A stretch of 60,452 bases of DNA from NCBI GenBank assembly GCA_000934665.2, contig KZ538022.1, positions 124,001-184,452 of the forward strand, written 5' to 3'. Numbering within the stretch: position 1 is the stretch's first letter; each line of letters begins with the position of its first letter. The translations under genes and the position numbers were made by a program. Source of the stretch: Catajapyx aquilonaris (Eukaryota). This document shows positions 1-11,354 of the stretch, piece after piece. The notes under the pieces were generated by a model. The model searched no databases. It saw only the letters and a program-made list of their open reading frames with translations, and had not been told where the DNA came from.

Positions 1-1564
1 TAAAGATGATCTTCGCGAAAAATCCGTGCCAGCAGAGAAACAGGAGGAAGCAGCCATGACATCTGCTCGAGAAACGAGCTGCCCGGTTTGTGCAAAAAAA
101 ATTGGCAAGCAAAAATACGTGCAGTTAAATCTCGCAAAAAATTGTAATGTAAACTGGCATGAAAGTCGCACATAAAAATTGCGGCCTTTCGCCATGGGCA
201 CATTATAATTGAGACAATTTTTGCCATTATTTCGTGCAAACGTTTTATTTGAAATACACGCAAATTTTGGCTTTTTGCTACATTATGGTTACGTACAAAT
301 ATCACATTTGTGAATATTTGTGAAAATATTTGAGCAAATATTTACTTGTGCAATTGTGACTTTTATGCATTTACATATACAAATTTATGATTTTTGTGTA
401 CATTATGGCTATCGACAAATATCGAATTACTGCACATTTTTGTAATCAGTTTGCACAATTTTTGCAAATATTTTGTACAATATATTTCGTTGCAGCTATT
501 TACGCAACTACGCTCTTACTATTTATGTGCACATATTTTGTGCACATAAAACCGTAAAATATATTTGTACATATGTAGAATTGCACGAAATATATATATT
601 TTTTTACATCCATTTAAACTGTGCCTCCAGCCTCCCGAACCTGGACCAGCATGAAATCCTCCCTCCCTCTTTTTTTCTCTCCTAATTCATCAAACGGAGC
701 CGTGGCAGCATCATCCGAATCGAACCAACAGGGGCAATCTCAATGCACAAATTAAATCCCAGCTCTCATCACCAGGCTACCTATGTAGCCTCCATTAAAA
801 CCCAATTAAGCTCTGATTCCTCTAACTATACTGCATAATTAATTAGTCATTACGTCATGGGCTTTGCGCGCAATAGTTGCAAGGGACACGCTCTTGTCCA
901 AACGCAAGGTGCGTCTGAATATTTTAAAACTATTGGGCTAAATTCGAGCAAAGTGCGCTAAATAGCGGATTGTTCATGCCAGCCACCAAGAGTGGCGACA
1001 GTTGCTGGGAGATACAATCAGCCACTTTTTTTTTGTTGAAGGCATTATTTCAGTGCGTATAATAATATTATGTTCATGAATTTTGGGGATGATGAAGTGC
1101 AGCAATTTAAAGCAGTGCTGTTGTTTATGTACACGTATACACACATTGAAGAGAGATAGTAAACAAAAAACAATCAACTGTTTACGCCACGCATCAAATC
1201 CTGCCATCGAAAACTGTGCACTTGTATCAAACTAAATCATACGCAGTAATGGCCGTGCCATAAAGCCGCCCGAATAATTTTGGGGCAACTAGGCTAATAA
1301 AATTTAACGGGCGTGTTTTAATACACAATGGTGCGTGGGCGATATGCAAAATTGGGCTCTATAATGCGAAGGAAAATGCAAGCCTAGTTTATTCGCGTAA
1401 TTATCATCAGTGGCATTAAAAAGTAAAGCAAAAAAGTAAGCAACTCCATTGCGAAAATTGGATTGTGACTGTACTCTACACTACTACTCGACGAATGTGA
1501 CTAAAATATTATATAAATAATAATTATTAGTATACTGCACCTGCCAGAAATTACTGCAAACATA

Positions 1565-1771
1565 CAGGGTGGTCCAAGTTCAAGTGTCGTTTTATAACGG
1601 CGATTAATAGCAGTGATTTTGCGACGACGTAGCAGCGACGCGTAAAATGTCCCACTTCGGCGCATCTTCGGCGCAATCGAAGTGGGCAATTTTACACGTC
1701 GCTGCTACGTCATCGTTAAGCGCTTCTATTAATCGCCGTTATAAAACGACACTTGAACTTGGACCACCCTG
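1565..1771. mobile_element. Tc1/mariner-type fold-back MITE (207 bp)
   Basis: TA|CAGGGTGGTCCAAGTTCAAGTGTCGTTTTATAACGGCGATTAATAG ... CTATTAATCGCCGTTATAAAACGACACTTGAACTTGGACCACCCTG|TA. The outer TIR is perfect, pairing continues imperfectly almost to the centre, and there is a TA target-site duplication. Confidence 0.9.
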
Positions 1772-1984
1772 TATATCCCTTCCAAAATGAGAAAATATAA
1801 TTACAAAAATATTGGATATATTATAGCAAAATTACACAACAACTATTGGAAAATTAGTTTGTTTCTAAAATATTAGTCCCCAGCATATCACGCCTATTAC
1901 ATTAACTTTCACTCAGTGTTTTTAAAAAATTACAATATTAATTGTTGTAGTAAGTGGTGACAAAACATCATTATGAGCCCTAGT

Positions 1985-2225
1985 TTGGACACCGGAGGTA
2001 CCCCTGAGTAACTTGGTATTTACTACTAACATTTTAGATCCAGTTTCACCCAGTGGATAAGTATGTTACTCGGGTGGTAACCTTCCGAGGTAACTTACTC
2101 CAGTGTATCTTTTTGCTTACATCAGTCTAACGTTTTAGGAACGTTTCCATAATTATCTAGTGGATCAGTTACCACAGGTGGTAACTCACCCAGGGGTAAC
2201 TGGTTTGATACTTTTCGGTGGTGAT
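1985..2225. repeat. Degenerate short-unit tandem repeat (TTACCC..GGTAAC-like)
   Basis: Recurrent variants such as ttcacccagtggataag, ttactcgggtggtaac, ttaccacaggtggtaac and tcacccaggggtaac. Confidence 0.45.
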
Positions 2226-4587
2226 ATATTTATCTCCGTTGTCCAGGCAAGGTTGGAAATAACCCCAAAATCAGATCCGCGGTGACCCTACCCGTCCCGC
2301 GAATAACTCTGCAGAATTTCTATGCCCTCCGACTCTGCGGATACGTCATCCGGACCAATTACGTTGCCCGGTTTTCCCGGAGAAACCCCATTAGGAGCAA
2401 GTGTAATTTAGGCCATCGGAGGGCGTGGGCGATAATTGCGCCCATCAGAGGCTATGACCAGGCTTCCTCCTCCTCCTCAGAGGACCAGGAGAGAGAGGTG
2501 GGGGGGTTCCTCCTTTAACCTTTCCTCCCCATGGAAGAGTCGTTGCCAGCAGAAAAGGGGGAGGGATTTTCGCTGAGTTTGTAAATGTTGGGAAATGGCT
2601 GGGAGACTCTCCCTTTTTGGTAACCGTGTCACGAATTGGGACGGTTCTTTCCGGACCTCAAACTGGCGCCGGTGCCGGGAATGAAACCTCTCGTCCCCCA
2701 GCAGTAATGAATGCGTTAAAGACTCATTTCCAAACCGCACTCGCATTACACTAGGAATTTCGACCCCCCACTCCGGACGCGCGCAACCCACCCGAAATGC
2801 GTTGCGTTCGACGTTCACTCGTCCTGCGCAGGAAAGGACACATTTTTCTACTCGAAAAAAACAGGCAATTACTTAGCATTGTTTGTACACACTTCAGCTC
2901 TAATAATATTGGCACTACTTGCCTCAAGTGCCAATATGGCAACGTAGCAGCCTCTCAGCTGCAACAGCTCTAAGTAGCCGTTAGTACTCATATCCTTATA
3001 CGCGATTGTAACTGTTAGAAATAACCGTTACTGGTCCTATCGTTATTATGCTATTGCAACTGCAATCAGGAGCCGTTAATGATTATATCGCTGGTGTGTG
3101 GTTATAACTGAATTGGTAACAGATAGTGATCATGTCGCTATAACGCTGTGGTAACCTGCTATCAGTAGCCGTTACTGATTATGCAGCGGTGTAAGCCGAT
3201 TTTAACTCAAAATGAAATAAATAGCGCTTAATCCTCCCGTATCCGGGTCGCTCATTACCCCTGTAGTCCAACTGCATTAATAAACCCCTGACAGGATTGC
3301 CATTTTTTAAAACCATTGTGCCTTTTTTCGCAATTTATCGTGAAAAATGGTGCCCTGGCGAGGTGGGGTTGGAAGGGGGTAGGGGGTGTCCCATGTTCGA
3401 AACGAGCGTGCCAAAATATCAGGCGCGCTTTTGCGGGGCGTCGACTGGGCATCTGCCCCATTTCTCAACCGATATTATCGACAGGCCAGGCCTCGCGTTC
3501 AACGTTACTCTTTTCTACTGGGGAGGAGGGGGGGGAGGGGGCAGCTGTTATTCCAAGAACGTCACCTCCGTCACGCTGCTTGCTAAACTCATTTGTTTTA
3601 TCCGTCATTCCAGACTCCAGGGATAAAAAAATAGATTTTTTTTTTTTTTTGTAATGGCTTTCTTGACTCAACTAGACGGGTTTGCATTGCAGATATATGA
3701 CTCGAGTGATAAATACAGGGCACTTGTACAGTTGTTTGATTTTTAGTCATTATGTTAGTTCATTTGCCCATAAAAATTCCACCCAATATGTTTAAAGAAT
3801 TAAACAAAAAATCATTTAGGCATATTTGGGTTAAATGAGGTGTTGCAGAACATGAAGACAAACATTTCAACAACATGCTCAGATGGAGTGTAATAATAAT
3901 CATAGTGCATATGGGGGGGTTATCGGTCCAAAATTTTAATTGTTTTAGCATCGGGTTGGTGTCAGTCGCAGAATTAGTGTCACAATAGCTTGTGTGCCGC
4001 CAAATAATTGTCGGTTGATTTACGGCACTACAGTCCCGTGGTGATAAAAGTCCTCAACAACAAAAACAAGGTTCGGTTTTTCTGTGTTGTTTTTTTGTCT
4101 CAAGGCATTTCCTTTTCCGTCGAGGCTTGATTCGATTTTTGTTTCAATCCTGGCACACATTTGCAGAACACAAAAAAGTGCTAATGAGATCCTATCTACT
4201 CCGCGAATAAAGGCCGAAGCGAGTCCCCATTACAAAAAGAAATCTATAGGAACGAAAGAAGAGCAGCAATTCCCCCGACAGATACAAAATCCTTCCCATC
4301 ATCAAGAGGCGCCCATTACCGCCAATCATTCAAGCAACTCCATCAGTTGTAGTAGCTACTTATTTCAGTCTATTTTAGAAGCTACAAAAATTAACTTATA
4401 ATATTAGTTTGAATATAGCTACTAAACCGTTTGAATAGCTCCTTCTTGTAACAGTTACGGCTGTTCAAATCCTGCTAACTGAAGCGAAGTTCCGCAATAT
4501 TTTCCAGAGCTTCTTGGCCCCATTGCAGATCTGATATGGGGCAATGGGGGTACATATAAAACACCGCGAGAAGAAGAGGAGGCTTAC

Positions 4588-4693
4588 CTGGCGTTTAGCG
4601 GACCCACACTTTTGGCATCGAAAGCCGAACTGGCGGAAATGGCCTCGTCCGGGATGATCCCAGTCTCCATTCCCAGGGGTTCATGACACGTCC
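4588..4693 (-). CDS. Ddr: Discoidin domain receptor (DDR-family receptor tyrosine kinase), internal exon encoding the start of the discoidin (F5/8 type C) domain
   Basis: Translates (G)TCHEPLGMETGIIPDEAISASSAFDAKSVGPLNAR, matching the DDR N-terminal pattern C-x-x-PLGM-x-x-G-x-IPD-x-x-ISASS-x-FD-x-x-x-VGP-x-x-AR. Acceptor is ttttctttcaacttcag and donor is AG|gtaagc. The exon is 106 nt, phase 1 in and phase 2 out. The N-terminal part of track ORF 4584-4826 is intron read-through. Confidence 0.88.
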
Positions 4694-5789
4694 CTGAAGT
4701 TGAAAGAAAAAAAGTTGTCAATTCGCGTGGACGACATATCTCAGAATATTTGTCATCATCATCATCATCATCTGCTTTATTTAACATGGCTGACCAACAA
4801 TGCCTTAACATTATTTCATTCCACATTTATACACCCATACAAGAAAAATCACATGTATAGAATATTTGTCAAGCACGGTTTAAAACTAAGCTCTCTGTAC
4901 TGGCAGATGGTTTTTTCCATTTTTTGGGAGAAGAGAGTGCCCTTTGGCTGAATCCGGATTAAAATGTCGAATGGCGACGACATATGGTATATAGTAGAAG
5001 TGAAGTACAGAGGAAAAGAGCTTCGAGGCATACTGCTCTCTGTTGGAGAGAGCTTACTGTTGCTCTCATCCATTTTCTCTACGGCCAGAAAAGGGCTCGT
5101 TCTGTGCTCTCCTTGCAGCAGTTACAAGCCTTGTTTACCCACCTGTTATCCGCAGCCCTTTGTGCTCCATCCCCCACCCCTATGTGGGCACAGCATTCTA
5201 CCAGCCAAGTGAGGAAGCGACATTACTCAGCCAGAAAGAGCAAACACGGTCGGAAAACAAAAACAGATCCTTCCAATTAACACAATGAAAAGTTTTCCAA
5301 GTAATGAGTCTAAAACCCAGCAGCTGTCGTCCTGGATAAATAGTACCACTGCGAAAAGGTGGGGTAGAAAACCCGGATCAGTTCCGTGCACTTGCCTTAG
5401 GATGGTAAAGATCACGCCCGGATTTCGTGGCAGAAAAAGCTGACATTTTTCGAAACACAACCTGTGCAAGCTTACAACGACGGAAGAAATCACAGGCCTG
5501 CTGCAGCATTGACGCTTGGTTCCTGTCGGAACTATCCATTTTTAAACATGGTAAGCCCCTGCTGTCGATGTCTGAACGTGGGTGTCAACCCGAATGGCTT
5601 CCCTCGACCGGCCATAAATGGTTAACGCACTTTTGTTCATGATCAATCCTGATCGACAAGGAACACGGCTTTTGACATGCCCGTATGTCGTACGTCACGC
5701 CCATATAAATTTAACGCGTTTTCTCCAAATTGCCAGCATTTTACACTACTAGGTCGTTCCGTACATTTTTCGCATGTCCGACATTTTAC

Positions 5790-6010
5790 GGAAATCCGAA
5801 CTTACGTAAGGCGAAGTTACAAAAATCCTAACTTGCGAAAATTGAAGTTAGGTAGGTCTTACGTAAGTTGAAGTTACGCAATTACGAATTTGTCGAGGCA
5901 ACGTAAGTCCAAACTTACCTAACTCAAAGTTACGTAAGATGTGGTTACGCAACTTTACTTAATAAGTTGAGGTTACGTAAGTCAGAGCCTACGTATATCG
6001 AGGCCTCCTT
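5790..6010. repeat. Degenerate ~15-bp minisatellite (TTACGTAAGTTGAAG-like)
   Basis: Many copies of ttacgtaag / ttacgcaa / aacttac at roughly 15-bp spacing. Confidence 0.6.
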
Positions 6011-8515
6011 ATGTACTATACTTTACTGACCGCTAATAGAGTAGGCGGAGTCGTCACAAGACAAATGACGCGATTAGAAACGGTATAAGAGGAAGACCAT
6101 CAAAATGCCATTTCCTTCAGGAGTCAAGAGGAGTCAAACGCATTGGAAAAGTGGCTAGTGCTTCCATCCCACCCGCTGACACTAAGGATCTGTGATGGTA
6201 CAGATGACGCTACAAGTCTTTTATTGATAGTAAATCGAGTTGAGCTGGCTGCCTGACAAGAAGTAGCGACAAACGATGCCTCTTATTATGATTTAGCGTC
6301 GGAAGGCTCCCGAGGAGGTCGGGGCATAAGCAAAAGTCATTCCCCGTCCGGGGGAAGGAGCAAGTGGCGCATAAAGTTTGCCAGGAGAATAAGTAGGGAA
6401 GCCTTCATTTGGCGCCACCAGACACAAACTGGCGCCAAGGGCAAAGAACCAACCGGTCCTCGTAACAAGCGTGAAATGATGTCGACTTTTGCCTTCTTAT
6501 TTTTTTGAAGACAAGGTGGAGGTAAGAGAGACCCCAATTCTTCCTCTCCGGAGGTGGTCACTTGCTGCTGATGGACCGGGTTCCCTTCATTATATATTTT
6601 CAGCTCACACAGAGAGGGAACCCTTCGACCTCGACTGTACCATTGGGCGCTCAAGAATTTTCTACTCAACTTTTGTTGGCCACTAAATCTATCTCTTCCC
6701 TTCATTATCCTGTCAAAAAATTTGTGGGGCCCTTCGAACCATCTCATACAACTGCAGACAACAATGGCCAACATTGACTTGAAATGACGCTCGTAAATCT
6801 CACCATAGCTCGTGAAAGTGGACAGTTAGCTGGACACCACTTTAATAAACAAGTGTCCTCTCTTAAGTGTTCTCTTAAAGTGGTCTGAATATAAGGATCA
6901 ATATATGCGAAAAGATGCTGGGGGTCTCTCCTTTCCTCGTCCGCTGTTTGCCAGCCTGGTTTCCATGCGCGGTTTTTCGACATTGCTGTCTGGGCCATCT
7001 GTGAAAAACGCACTTTGGTTGCTCCCAAACCACACCCTTCCTCACACCCCCTTCTTCCCCCTCCGCCCCCTTAAATCCTCCCCGCCGAGAGGAAGAAAAA
7101 AAAAGTAAAAGAAAAGCTTCCTTTACCCAACCTTCCATTTTCTTTGCTCCTCTTTCAAGCATGGCGCTTGTTTCTTTCCAATTCCCCAGAATAACATTTT
7201 GAGGACTGGATAAGAAGTAGATGGAATTCCCCAAGCTTTTCTCCACCAACTCATCGGTTTTTTTGTGGGAAGGTTGTATACTATCCTAAGAAAAATGACA
7301 GGACTAAAAATACGCCTGGTCTTCAGTGGCTTTGAGTCACTTTTTGCTGATAATTTTGTGGAGACATAATCATATGATCTGCATTATTTTGCACATATTC
7401 TTCGCAACATGTACAACATATAGCAAGAGATGGCTCTTCACTCAGTTTTTGAACCAACCTGGTCCTGATCATGTCTCTCAACATCCATTAATTTCCTGGT
7501 CGCATCTGGATTAATTAGCGTGAGTGACAACTGAACGCTCTTACTAATTAACACCTACTTAAGGAACAGCCACAATTCGACACAAGTTGGGATCAGAGAG
7601 TCGTGACTCTCTTCATTCGACGACACACACTAGAGAATGTCTAGGACTTGACACAAGCATCGGGGAGATGCAGAAGCACCATTCAAAATTGGGGGGATCC
7701 TCTCAGCCTCACTTTTTTTTGGAGGGCCTCTTTTGTATGGCGGCAATTATTCCCGGGTCCTTGTCGACTCCTCATTACCCAGCCTCCAAAAAGGGATAAG
7801 GGTGCAAAGAAGAGAAAATGGGGAGAGAAGAAGAAAAAAAAAGTGGTAGAGAGAAGAGAAGGATTCTCTTGGCACCCACACATTTCCTGCACTGGAATTT
7901 CGGGACCCCCAGAACTCGTTACAAGAGATTCTCTTGGGCCACTTTCTTTAATTAATTACAAACTTCTCCTTTTTTTCTCTCTGCTGCAAGGCCTCGCTAA
8001 TGAATTTTTCTGGGCTTGAACAGCTACAAATGAAAGGCTGTACGAAACTGCACGCGTGATTACGACTGTAAATGCCAGCTTCCTTCGTATGAAATATTGG
8101 GCGATTGCAATCATTGGGCATGTGTGTGTGCAGCATGTCTTGCAAAGGAAATACCCTTTTCAAAATTGTTCTTCAGCAGACAAATGCAATTGAATGATTT
8201 GTTACAAGTAGCTCAAATGATTAGTCTACTCCTGATAGTTAGCTTCCCGAATGGAAGAAATGTTCGTGCAAAAACACTCCAGGTGCGGTAACCAAAAGAT
8301 AGCATAAATGTACAAATATTGACACTTAATCAATTAAAATGTGCAAAATTGTAATGGCTTCTCTTTAAAACCCCAGATTTTGTAATTGTATACAATTAGT
8401 CATACAACCGACACTGGTTTTTCTATAAACCAATAAACTACACATATTCCAATATTTAAATCGATCACCCGTATCTGAGGTACATTCACGTGCCTGCCGT
8501 CTATTATCATTAGTA

Positions 8516-8517
<2 letters not shown>

Positions 8518-8578
<61 letters not shown>
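8518..8578. repeat. (TTA)n microsatellite
   Basis: Perfect run of about 20 units; the source of the poly-N track ORF 8400-8615. Confidence 0.95.
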
Positions 8579-9532
8579 CTGGACACATGATCGATTGGGT
8601 AGTTAAGCCCTGCATAATTATTCAAGTTATTGCGCTGTTAATTTTGGAGTTTGGATGAGTTATGACCAGTTATTAGAGGAATGCTGTAAAATTTGAAGCA
8701 ATACGGTAATATGTACAGTTATGGTTATAATATAATTAATAAAATAACAACAAAGTTTCAGCGCAAATTACTGCTTTTTTCTTCTAAAATATTATTGGCA
8801 CCTTTCAGCACTGAACCAGTAATTGAGCTTGAGACAACATGGAATCCTGTTTTCAGCAGGATGTTTGGACCAGAATCAGTTAGAGACTGCAGAGCACTGC
8901 GGCATCCCAATGGATAATACACGGACCGTGAACTGACTGGTCTCGCTGACGATCCCCGGAAAGGAACCACCTCCCTCCCTCCCAAATAAGAATCGGGAGA
9001 GTAATGAGGAGTGGATCTGGTGTGGCACACAGGCAAGGCCACCTCGAATGCAAACTTGCTGGGAGAGGAGCGTTCCTTCCTTCCTTCCTTCCTTCCCCCC
9101 TCTCGACAGTGTTAATCCGCGCGACATTAGGCAAACGACGTGCAAACAGTCTGCACGAGCGCCTGACGTGGCCTCCTTTGCCCCCCTTTTTTTTGCCAAA
9201 AGCTTAAAGCCCTCTCCGCCTTGGAGGGTCACGAGCACAGCCATGGCAGCAGTCATCAAGTCCAAATGGCCCACCCGGGATGGGGCACGATACGCGCCTC
9301 TCTAATTATGTGGCCGGGGGACTCATGCTTCATTTCCGCTCACAGTTCGGCCCACCAGTCCCAGCTCCAGCTCTAGGAAAGCCCTGCTAGCACTGGTTCA
9401 AACACCTGAATCCTCTCCACACCCTGCCATCATGCTGAAACACGGGTCAGGATTTGCCAAATCGGCCAGGAAACCCTATAGGAATGACCTTATTGCCACA
9501 TGGGCCTAAGCGGTCCCGAACTTGTTGCGAGC

Positions 9533-9576
9533 TTACTAAGCGTTCATCATTTACTAAAAGTTATTTACTAAACGCT

Positions 9577-9657
<81 letters not shown>

Positions 9658-10060
9658 TCATACCCCGTTATCAGCCTATCGGCTTTTCCTGGAACTCTTT
9701 GCTTTCATTTTACTGCGATTTTTGGGATAGGATAGGGACGGAAGGAAGCGGCTGTGGCCTATTAATTACAGAAGCAACTCCGGAATTTTCCTGGAAGGAC
9801 CGTGGGAAACCACAGAAAACCCCGGTCAGAGTTGCCGGCCCCGGGATTCGAACCCAGGACCTCCCGATTAGCAGTCGGACGCCTTATCCACTATGGCAAC
9901 CTGCTTCGGTTACTAAACGCTATTCATTACACGTTATTTACTAAACGCTATTCATAAACCGTTGTTGGATATTATTTACTAAACGCTGTTCATTAGATGC
10001 TAACTACTAAACTCTATTGACTAGACGTTATTAGTTAAAAGTTGTGTATTAAACTCTATT
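9533..10060. repeat. Degenerate 14-bp minisatellite (TACTAAACGCTATT) interrupted by a SINE
   Basis: Units tactaaacgctatt, cattacacgttatt, tactaaacgctgtt, tactaaactctatt and gactagacgttatt occur around 9580-9910, with the array present on both sides. Confidence 0.75.
9580..9910 (-). mobile_element. Full-length tRNA-derived SINE with (ATT)n tail
   Basis: The minus-strand head accgaagcaggTTGCCATAGTGGataaggcgtccgactgctaatcgggaggtcctgGGTTCGAATCCcgg carries Pol III A and B boxes. The body gtggtttccc...ccaggaaaattccgg...taggccacagccgcttccttcc resembles arthropod Talua-like SINE bodies (from recall). The tail is the (AAT)n run at 9580-9657. Both flanks carry tactaaacgctatt (9566-9579, 9911-9924). 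Confidence 0.88.
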
Positions 10061-10623
10061 TTTGAGAGCTATTTATAAATGTACAGCCAACGTTAGCAGC
10101 GATTTTGAAACGTAATTGTTCAAACGCAACCAGCTTTATTTAGAAGCAGCTTATAGTGCTACGCCTAAATCGAGGATTAGCAGCGAATATCCTGTAACAG
10201 TTGGAAATAACAGGTTTTTAAGCAAACATTTCTGACTCCAAAAGTCTCCTCCATCTGGAGACGAATCCATTTCCAGCATCAGCCCAGCAGATATCCGGGG
10301 GCTTCCTCCCCGGATAAGCCGCTGCTCCCCCCCCTCCCTTTTTGCTCCCGGTATATTTCAGGCCCACATGACTCCAATTCGTGCCGCCCAATATATCTTC
10401 TCAGCTCTACGTGTAATGAAGGCAATTATACATGGCTGGCCTGCCCCCTTCCTCCTACTCCCACCACCTCCCTGCCTCCCCCCCCCCCCCCAACTTTCNC
10501 CACAGTGATGATATTGATTTCATTCATACCGGGGGATAATGCCCAATGTTCCTGGGCGGAACCATGATGAACGCTCTTGGCCTCTGGCTACGATATGTCT
10601 TGTGCAAACTTACACAACGGGGA

Positions 10624-10662
10624 AAAAATGACGACTGAAAAATGACGACTGAAAAATGACGA
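10624..10662. repeat. 14-bp tandem repeat AAAAATGACGACTG, ~2.8 copies
   Basis: Directly visible exact repeats. Confidence 0.85.
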
Positions 10663-10827
10663 GCCAAAATTAGAGCACCACGGACCAAAAGAAGCGGCGA
10701 TATATAGCAGTTACCAATGATCGCCGTTGTTGCTACTTTTCCCTGTTATAGCAATATCAGCGATCACTGTTATTGTCAAACTCCACATTTTAAAAACCTT
10801 TAAAATTAAATAGCGATTTGTTCTCAC

Positions 10828-10900
10828 CTGCATTGACGGCGATGCAGCAGATAGCGGATAAGACCAGAGCACGTGCTGCGATCCAGTCCATGGTTTGCAT
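10828..10900 (-). CDS. Ddr: First coding exon of Ddr: signal peptide MQTMDWIAARALVLSAICCIAVNA|G
   Basis: ATG at 10900; a second in-frame ATG at 10891 has the strong context aaccATGg. There is a hydrophobic core and a V-N-A (-3,-1) cleavage site, with donor CAG|gtgaga. The length is 73 nt (24 codons + 1), so phase 1 joins the 4693 exon in frame to give ...AVNA-G-TCHEPLG. Confidence 0.8.
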
Positions 10901-11146
10901 TGAAGACTGACGACACACACTCACACACACAGTAAAGGGGAATCAAATGGAGCGTTATTTGTAGAGAGAAAATGTTCTCTCTCTCAAAGCGAAGGAGGGA
11001 GAAAGGACGCCCGCATTTCCATCTTCCGGGTCTTCTACGGTCCAGCTGCCCTGATCATCATCATCATCAGTTTGGACGGCCTTTCCTCAAGCCCGGATGA
11101 CCTCTGCCCTGATTCCGAGCCAGCCATTCGACAGGCTGCAACTCAC

Positions 11147-11158
11147 CTGCTGCAACCC
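11147..11158 (-). other. Strong splice acceptor at 11159 followed by a donor 12 nt later: candidate microexon and/or start of the 5'UTR part of the signal-peptide exon
   Basis: Minus strand reads gttaacactttttttttctccttttttgaatatttttccag|GGGTTGCAGCAG|gtgagt: possible branch point, long pyrimidine tract, CAG and a near-consensus donor. Confidence 0.55.
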
Positions 11159-11239
11159 CTGGAAAAATATTCAAAAAAGGAGAAAAAAAAGTGTTAACGT
11201 TTCATCATATAATATCACTGAATATACTGATAATCGAGA

Positions 11240-11354
11240 GTACCATATCCCTCACATAGATGGCGCATAAACTGCCACTCTCAAGGTCGTGCGAGGGCTA
11301 GTGGTACTACTTGCTCACCCCGGACAAACGGAGGCACAGACTCGAGCCAATTCT
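11240..11354 (-). mobile_element. Fragment of dispersed Helitron-type non-autonomous family (copy 1)
   Basis: Shares taccata...catagatggcgc...actgccactctc...gctcaccccggacaaacggaggcacagact(cgagccaatt) with 44241-44402, 50961-51009 and, in reverse, 46191-46283 and 49651-49727. Confidence 0.65.

Noticed and set aside
3297..3626. ORF containing KWCPG, superficially like the DDR GGAWCP motif
   Set aside because: It is on the wrong strand relative to the Ddr exons and shows no other discoidin similarity.
1255..4028. Weak inverted similarity between ~1255-1296 and ~3986-4028 suggesting one large TIR element
   Set aside because: Low identity, no TSD and no transposase remnants between; probably two independent repeat fragments.
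9840..9910. tRNA-like sequence
   Set aside because: It is the SINE head: it runs into a SINE body and tail, with no proper acceptor stem or Pol III terminator.
10905..10910. Inr-like TCAGTC just upstream of the Ddr ATG
   Set aside because: It would give a very short leader and the DPE-like GGATC is mis-spaced; the strong acceptor at 11159 is a simpler explanation.
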